A stretch of 53,260 bases of DNA, counting the filler, from Catajapyx aquilonaris (Eukaryota): NCBI GenBank assembly GCA_000934665.2. It is 3 parts of 3 records of this genome, joined end to end, with 100 filler letters (N's around TTAATTAATTAA, not from the genome) between each part and the next. Parts side by side here need not be neighbours in the genome. Positions count along the whole stretch, not along the records: positions 36,622 to 53,260 come from JYFJ02007169.1; 2 more parts are not named here. The stretch is one strand, 5' to 3'. The position numbers and the translations under genes were made by a program. The notes below the pieces were generated by a model, which was not told the DNA's origin, searched no databases, and saw only the letters and a program-made list of their open reading frames with translations. This document shows, one piece after another, positions 46,603-53,260 of this stretch (within the stretch, counting starts at the first letter, position 1; each line of letters starts with the position of its first letter).

Positions 46603-46740
46603 TTTGTTCCCGATGACCAGAAGGACGAGAAGTATTGGGCCAGGCGGAGGAAAAACAACATGGCGGCCAAGAGATCCAGAGATGCCCGGAGGCTCAAGGA
46701 AAACCAAATTGCACTCAGGGCATCCTTCCTTGAAAAAGAG
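46603..46740 (+). CDS. Pdp1: PAR-bZIP factor, basic region exon
   Basis: Encodes [46 protein letters not shown], then GTCAGC donor. The leucine-zipper exon was not found in the window. Confidence 0.96.
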
Positions 46741-46859
46741 GTCAGCCAATATGTCATCATTGTTGTTTTATCGTTGTGGTCCTAATCTCCTTAATCAGCT
46801 TGTATACTTTAAGTTAAGGAAAAGCATGTCCTATTCCAGCCATGACCGATGGTCTTGTA

Positions 46860-47050
46860 CAGGGTGCCCCACTAGCTACTTTACCCGGAATTTCTTGAAT
46901 AACTTTAACACGAATGAAGATATCGCAACGATTTGAACTGAACTAACCTCATTATACTCGTATACCTGAGTAAGGAACTGGCATCACAACATGTGCTGGA
47001 AATGGCCAGCATTTGCGTCCAGACAATCCTTAACACGACGCCACATGCCC
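46860..47050 (-). mobile_element. rosa/maT-like 3' end fragment
   Basis: TA-CAGGGTG terminus. The minus strand reads RRVKDCLDANAGHFQHML*. Confidence 0.7.
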
Positions 47051-48131
47051 ACATAACAGTATTTTGGAAGGTCCTGGCCAATAAGGACTAGGTATCTCAG
47101 GATTGGTCAGTGGTTACTCCCCCTCTTATCCCGTTGGGAGGGAAACGGGGAGGTTGTGCACTACGGAACCACAGGTGGCGCGCTGATCAAAGCCCAGAGA
47201 GAAGCACATCGCGTCGATGTGCTTCTTGTTTAAGGATCCTTGTTGGGTCATTCCATGTCAATTCATTCAATTTTCAGAAAATTTGTGGCTCATCCCCTTT
47301 CGATTTTGTTTTAAAAAATTACGTGTGTAGCCATACAGAACGTGACTCCAAATCGAAAATTGTAGGTACACTCCTGGAGTTATATTCCACCGAGATATAA
47401 GCATGACAATCTTAACAATGTACATTGTACACACACCGCCATATATTTCATTGTTAAACCATTACATTGTATATCTACGTGATATATATCAAATGAAAGG
47501 TAATGAAGAGGAGAATTTTATGGTGAAATAAAATTTTATCGAATGTTTTTTTTTAAAATTCACTTATAAGAAAATAAAACGCACAATCTCAATGTACTCT
47601 ATATTTCGAATGGCCGTAAATCCCCCAATATTTGTGCTATCTGCTTTACATTTGGTCAGTAGCACTTATGGTAGCTTGTAAAATATGTTCGGTCTAGGTG
47701 AAGTAGTATTGGAAATAGAGAATTCTGAATATTAGATAATTCACAAATTCGACAATTTCATCAATTTATTTATTTATGTGCGGCTGGACAGATTTCGGTG
47801 ATTCATATATCAATCGATGCGCCAGATCAAGAGCATTCTAATGATATGATAATCATCGTTTGCCGACAAATGATAAGGTCGTGGTGAATTTTTACTTGCT
47901 ATGCTTATATGCACATATGCAAAAACTCTTTACTTCGGATATTCACAACCCACCTTGTTTCTGGTACATTCTTGACATTCAAATAGGAGAATCTTATTAA
48001 AGGTTCATTCCCCATGAACAGTTGCTGTGATAGGTCAAGCAGTCTTGGAAATAGCACATTCCGAATGTTACGAATTTCCTACGACGAAAGAGTACCTCCT
48101 GATGAGCTTCAGAGTGCACCCTGATGACATA

Positions 48132-48354
48132 AAGACCAGTAATATCATGGTGAGCCTATTATTAATACAATATCCTGAGGTATTGGCATGTCAAATATCA
48201 TCATCAGTCCAGTCTCACACCGAGAAAATTGTTTCGACATTCGTAACATTCTGAATGTGTTATCGAAGTGAGACTGGACTGATGATGACAATTGACATGC
48301 CAATACCTCAGGATATTGTATTAATAATAGACCCACCATGATATTACTGGTCTT
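48132..48354. repeat. Near-perfect hairpin with ~85-bp arms
   Basis: AAGACCAGTAATATCATGGTG...CAGTCTCAC pairs with GTGAGACTG...CACCATGATATTACTGGTCTT. Confidence 0.85.
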
Positions 48355-48450
48355 ACCGATAGATTACTGGCGATAGAGAGTTGGAGCCCCTCAAACTCGC
48401 GCCAGCACGTCGAACGGAGTGATCAACCTGTACCACCATTTCAAAAATGC

Positions 48451-50050
48451 GGGGGAGGTGTGGTGGCCGAGATGGTAACGTCTCGGCTTGCTGAGTGTAA
48501 GGTCCCAGGTTCGATCCCCGCCTGGGCGCTCCCTTTCCCATGCGTCGGGAGAGTCTCTGACCTGCACCGTGGAGATGTCTGGCAACCCTAACCTCCTGGG
48601 GGACTGCACATTGGCCCACTCAAAATACAAGTTGGGCTCTAAAAATCGGGCAAAAAATCCTGACTTCGGAGGGTATAAGCAGTTTTTCTGAGAGACGTAC
48701 GGTAAGGCCAGGGCGAAATCTGGAAGTGTGTCGTTCGAAAACCGCACTCAAACGGGCTCGGCGCAGGTGGCGACGCGACGCCACCCTCTGAGGGCAGATG
48801 AGGGCAGAACTAGAGAGCGGTATAGGCGCGGATTTGAAACGGGTGCTCTACCTTTCCACCGACCCAGAAGATTAGTGGTGATGTCATCTTCGCACGGAAA
48901 CAATGTGTGACTTTTCCCACGTGAGTGGTTCAGGAGTGCAAAGTGAAACCAGATGGGACACCAACATCTGTTTATAGTCCGCGTATCCAAATAACAATGA
49001 GCCTGCCTGACAGGCGACAGAACATGACGCATCTGTCCTCGTCGTCCTCATCGCTCTCTTCATAATCATCGTTCGATGTACGGCATGTACGGGTGCCGCC
49101 CAACGAACTCATCATCGCCGACATCAGTTGATCATCCACACCAGCAGTGGACCAGCACCAGCAGCAGTGGCTCCAACTGATAGGGTAGGAGGGCATGCGC
49201 AGTGGATTGGGGGCCGCCTGGTGCCTCCTGGCCATGTCCATCCTGGGCACCCTCCATCGCAGCAGCAGAGCCAAGAGCCGCACTCTTTTCCATGACATTC
49301 CGTCCCGGAACAGAATCACTGGGCTGCGCCATCTTAGAATAACCGCGACGCGTTTCAGAATAGCAGCTAATATGTGTTAGGGCCCAGAAGATGACTAATT
49401 CCCATATGAAGCACTTTTGGTGTCTGCCAGGCTACAACATTAGTCATTTTGTTGTTAGACAATTAGGTGTAGCATGCACTGGCCTAGGCGAGAGACTTGT
49501 CATTAGCAGTTACTTTACTTGTAGCTGCTAGAAAATAGCTACCTTGGTGTGGTTCGCCGTCTGGCCGCCACGAGGGGTTTTCTTTCCTGCCAGGCGTCGC
49601 TATCGCCACTCGCTGGCGGGAGACCGAGCGGTGATCCAAGTGCAATTAGCGCCTGTAGATAGGCAACCACGCATCGGCGGACCAAATCCTTATGGGAAAG
49701 GTCATAACTTGACATGGACTCAAACATATCTCACACTCATCGACGGGCAAATTTTTTCGTGAAAAAGGTGATCACGTTCACGTGGAATTGCCCGTTCGTC
49801 TCTCAGAAATATTGCTTATACCCTCGGGATCAGGATTTCTTGCCCGATTTTTAGAACACAACTTGTATTTTGAGTGGAGTGTCCCTTTGAGACATTGCAC
49901 CTGCACAAGTGTCCCCTCCCCACCAATCCCTATCCCTACCCTACATCCTGATGTCCTTGCACGGTGATTGAAGAAAAATCAAGTTTGAAAACTGATTGTG
50001 GTGTGCCACCCCCCTGTAACGACTTAGTTGTATCACGGGGTAAAAAATAA
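48451..50050 (+). mobile_element. Family-1 SINE split by a Kolobok-like insertion
   Basis: Head and body at 48451-48612, remainder at 49887-50050, TSD TTCAAAAA(T/G)GC. Confidence 0.85.
48616..49886. mobile_element. Kolobok-like non-autonomous element
   Basis: About 90-bp TIRs. The right end is GTGTCCCT-TTGA and the left terminus has lost about 9 bp compared with the 36344 copy. The GC-rich interior has a minus-strand PYQLEP and acidic stretch. Confidence 0.75.
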
Positions 50051-50219
50051 TTCAAAAAGGCACTATTGACTTTGTTTATGTGAGTGAGAAATAGTCTGCA
50101 ATAATTATTCTGAATGAACTCAACTCACGTACGTTCGAAATCGCACAGAGCGAGATTGTTTATTTTATTGCCCACCTTGCACTACGCGTTCAAGGAGGCT
50201 TGTTTGTACGTAACCAATG

Positions 50220-50563
50220 CAACGTATGGTCGAGGGGGCGGGTCATAACCTCTTGGTGCCTAAATCGGGTAGAGAACGGGAAAACGCGTCACGGGTTCGA
50301 TCAAAGGTCCGGGCTTACTCCCATTCATCTCGTGCAGAGTTGGGTCGTCTCTGGCTTCGTCTCAGGTGGAATCTCCGACAGACTAATCCACCCGAGGGAG
50401 TTCACAAAATGTACCATAATTCGGACATTGCACTTGCACTTTGCACATCCCCTCCCAGTCACCCTTCCCTCGCTCGTGGTATACCCGGGCGTTACGAAAA
50501 AGGACCAACAAAAAGCTTGTACACCTTAAAAAGCAATAAAGGTACCGTGCCAGACGCCCATTA
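50220..50563 (+). mobile_element. Divergent tRNA-headed SINE sharing the family-1 core
   Basis: A box TGGTCGAGGGG, B box GGTTCGATC with long spacing, and GACATTGCACTTGCAC...TCCCCTCCC core. Confidence 0.55.
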
Positions 50564-50620
50564 AAAATAGTCTGTGCACTAACCCAATTACATAGGGTGT
50601 TCTCAAGTCCTCCCATTTAA

Positions 50621-50876
50621 CCCTGGAATCGTGACGTGGGGTCTTTTAGGACCCCATGCCACATTTTAATTTTTATGAATTTTTATATAACACTTTTCAG
50701 TGTATTGAGTACATACAATCATTCTTTGAGCAATGCCTAAAATGATCGCTAATTCAAAATAAACATGCACTTCCTGTAATATACTTTTAAAAAGGGCAAC
50801 AGTTCATTGTAATTTTAATTTTAATACATGTTAATTTCTTTGGGGTCCTAAAACACCCCACATCACGGTTCCAGGG
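50621..50876. mobile_element. piggyBac-type MITE
   Basis: TTAA-CCCTGGAA.CGTGA.GTGGGGT.TTTTAGGACCCCA...CCAGGG-TTAA. Confidence 0.9.
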
Positions 50877-51676
50877 TTAATTTCACAGGTGTGTTGACTT
50901 GCCTGTAACAATAATATTCCATTCTCATGAAATATAACGGATACATGCTGTGGCAAAGAATGCTAACAAATAAGATAAGAAATCTGCATGACATCTGGGT
51001 TGCTCCTGGCGTAAAGATTTTTGGGTGAAAAGGCGTGGATGAAAAAAAGCAGTGATGTCACTTGAGGTGCAGCGGTAAAAGTATTGAGTTTGCAATTTTT
51101 TTGAATTTCAAAGACTCGGAAGTTGGCTGGAGTGTGCAGATTCACCTTAATTTTGTGGTCATGGTAGATGAATTCCAATTTTTAGGGATACATAATTTTG
51201 TTACTTAAAGTACGGAGTAGTGGCTGGTGGCGAGGGGGCTTGATTTGGCGAAGTACCGTGTTGCATAGTGTAATATTTAAATTTAATATTCAGTGTCTGT
51301 CATCTGCGATGGGCAGGTGTGGGGGGTGGGACGGGTTGTTTATAGGTTTATTTTCACAAGTTTTAATTTAGTTCATATGTTGGGTTAGCTTGCGTCTCCC
51401 TTCATCGCTGACTACCCCTCATAGGGAAATGTCGTGATGATGATGATGATGACGATGATGACTTAAAGTCGGCATGTAATGAAAATAATGAACGTGCGAT
51501 GCATTCGAAATGGTGTAGTATGGGGCAATGCAATGATCAGTATCATCAATTTCATTACAATATGCAGCTCAGATAATGGAGCATCACAGAAATAAATTTT
51601 GTGGCACTTTTCAGATACCTTCTGTGTTCATTTGAAATGACAAATAGTAGGCTACTGTACGTGAACCTTCAATTTA

Positions 51677-52533
51677 CGTAGGTGGTTTCATAAGACAGTC
51701 AGGGCGCGTATTTTTTATATTCAAAAACGGTAACACATACAGAGATAACCTATTACAATTTTATCTGGCATATAGGCCTAGATGTCGCCCATATTGCGAA
51801 GGAGACAGGGAAACAAAACCCCCACCGCACCATCGGCCTAAGACGCCTCCAGCCTGACGCGCTTGGAGCTGTTGGACGCTGTATGCTGGACACTCGGAGA
51901 TGGACAACACAGGATCTTGCTCAAGAGTGTGGGACTAAGTCAGAGTACTATGCTTAGGACACTGAAAGAGGAAGTTGCCATCCTCACTGGTTCCTCACCA
52001 TCTTTTTGAGGTGCAAAAGTGCCACCATTTTGCCTTCCCTTGGAACTCGCTCGCATTCAGGGCGATGGTTTTTGGACTTTTTCTAAGAAAGTCTTATAGC
52101 ACGGCTCTGTCTGTCTACTCTAATCACGCTCACATGATTTGCCAATCTCGTTTAAACAGATTGGGGATATGGATGACACATGGCTCGGGCCATAGAGCTC
52201 TGACTTGTCCCACACTCGAAAGCAAGCTTCAGTGTTGTCACTCTCCGAGTGTCCCATATGCAACGTCCAACATCTCCAAGCGCGTCAAGATGGAGCCGTA
52301 GTGTCGCAGGGCGATGGTGCGGAGTCACCATCCCCTTTTGTTTCCCTGCCTCCCTCGTGATATGGGCGACATCTACCGTATATGCCAGATGCCAGATCAA
52401 ATTGTAATCGCCGGAGCTTCAAAACTCTGTGACTCCAGGTTACAGACATTACAACTCAGCAAAGGTCATCTCCGTATGTATTACCGTTTTTGAATTTAAA
52501 AAATACGCGCCATGACTTATGAAACAACCCACG
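51677..52533. mobile_element. Foldback MITE derived from the 5' end of a mariner
   Basis: TA-CGTRGGTKGTTTCATAAG TIR. Arms carry decayed HTH-region coding (RRWTTQDLAQECG, frameshifted WVPHHL). Confidence 0.85.
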
Positions 52534-52712
52534 TATTTAAGTTGATCATCTCTCTTTTGTAAATCTGCCTTTTTTCATTGACCCTATTTTAAATGCATCT
52601 TTTACACCAATAATTAATCTTCGCGCCTGGAGCCAAATAATGCCATACATATTTCTCACATATTTTGTTAGCATTTTTTCACATCAATTCTTGGGTATAT
52701 GACTATTATATA

Positions 52713-53150
52713 CAGGGTGTATCAAAACTCTACCATAAGCCATATGCCAATGGAGTAATGGGCACCAGGGGATCAATTAATGTAGAGGAGTCATTATGTC
52801 TGGGCAGCCTCATTACTGAGATAATTGATCATTTGCGATTTAGCAATTGGGCCTAAGAGTGATTGTCACAGATTGTCACAGATTGTCACAAATTGTCACA
52901 GATCACATGCGACATGCAGTACACATGCGACATGCTAGTAGATAAATGGAAAAGCTGCTATTTTCACGAGTGATGCGATGTCGGGGCTGAAGGTTTCCAT
53001 ACCTCCCAGGATACTTTGTACTACGTGTTTGAAGGCAATTATCTCCGTAATGAGGCGGCCTAGAGATGATGACCCCTCTACATATAATGATGCTCTGGTG
53101 CCCCTTATGCCATTGGTACATGGCTTATGGTAGAGTTTTCATACACCCTG
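52713..53150. mobile_element. Palindromic Tc1/mariner-type MITE
   Basis: TA-CAGGGTGTAT.AAAACTCTACCATAAGCCAT...CACCCTG-TA, with internal (GATTGTCACA)x4 at 52861-52900. Confidence 0.88.
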
Positions 53151-53169
53151 TATATATTATATATATATA

Positions 53170-53260
53170 CAGGGTGTTTACGACCTAACTTTACAAACTT
53201 CTAGGGGTGATAGAGGGGACCAAGACTAACATTTTTGACATAGGAACCCGTGTCCGGAAA
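53170..53260 (+). mobile_element. Tc1/mariner-type element start, cut by the window edge
   Basis: TA-CAGGGTGTT following a (TA)n run. Confidence 0.6.

Noticed and set aside
48084..48130. GAAA plus two CTGATGA motifs suggesting a hammerhead ribozyme
   Set aside because: Spacing and pairing do not give stems I-III with a valid cleavage triplet.
33888..48747. Recurring peptides such as VPQEVRLPDTSLVQVRDPPDAGER and LFPRRLGCQTPPWCRSE
   Set aside because: Antisense translations of SINE copies, not a protein family.
52861..52900. Short tandem repeats (also 26401-26440, 1824-1880) as a CRISPR-like array
   Set aside because: No unique spacers, eukaryotic context, and they lie within MITEs.

Overview
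Eukaryotic (invertebrate animal, probably arthropod) genomic scaffold. Two 100-nt assembly gaps split it into three contigs. Each contig carries one spliced + strand gene. (1) A lark/RBM4-like RNA-binding protein with a single visible RRM and a long RGG/YDR-rich tail (about 69-10009). (2) A SoxE (Sox8/9/10, Sox100B-type) HMG-box factor (18043-28545, first exon not located). (3) A PAR-bZIP factor of the Pdp1/HLF/TEF type (candidate first exon at 38108, confident exons 45664-46740, zipper exon not found and probably beyond the window). A decayed, intron-retaining copine fragment lies at about 33108-33552. Introns and intergenic DNA are dominated by non-autonomous DNA transposons, many of them long palindromes (Tc1/mariner, rosa-like, pogo/Tigger, piggyBac-like, Kolobok-like, Ginger2-like), and by several tRNA-derived SINE families. 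The most notable observations are a four-level nested palindrome inside a SoxE intron, piggyBac-like elements flanked by ATAT instead of TTAA, SINEs that share a core under different heads, and a GC-donor first exon of the PAR-bZIP gene with an upstream E-box. I see no unambiguous new biological system. All family assignments come from motif recognition without database searches.
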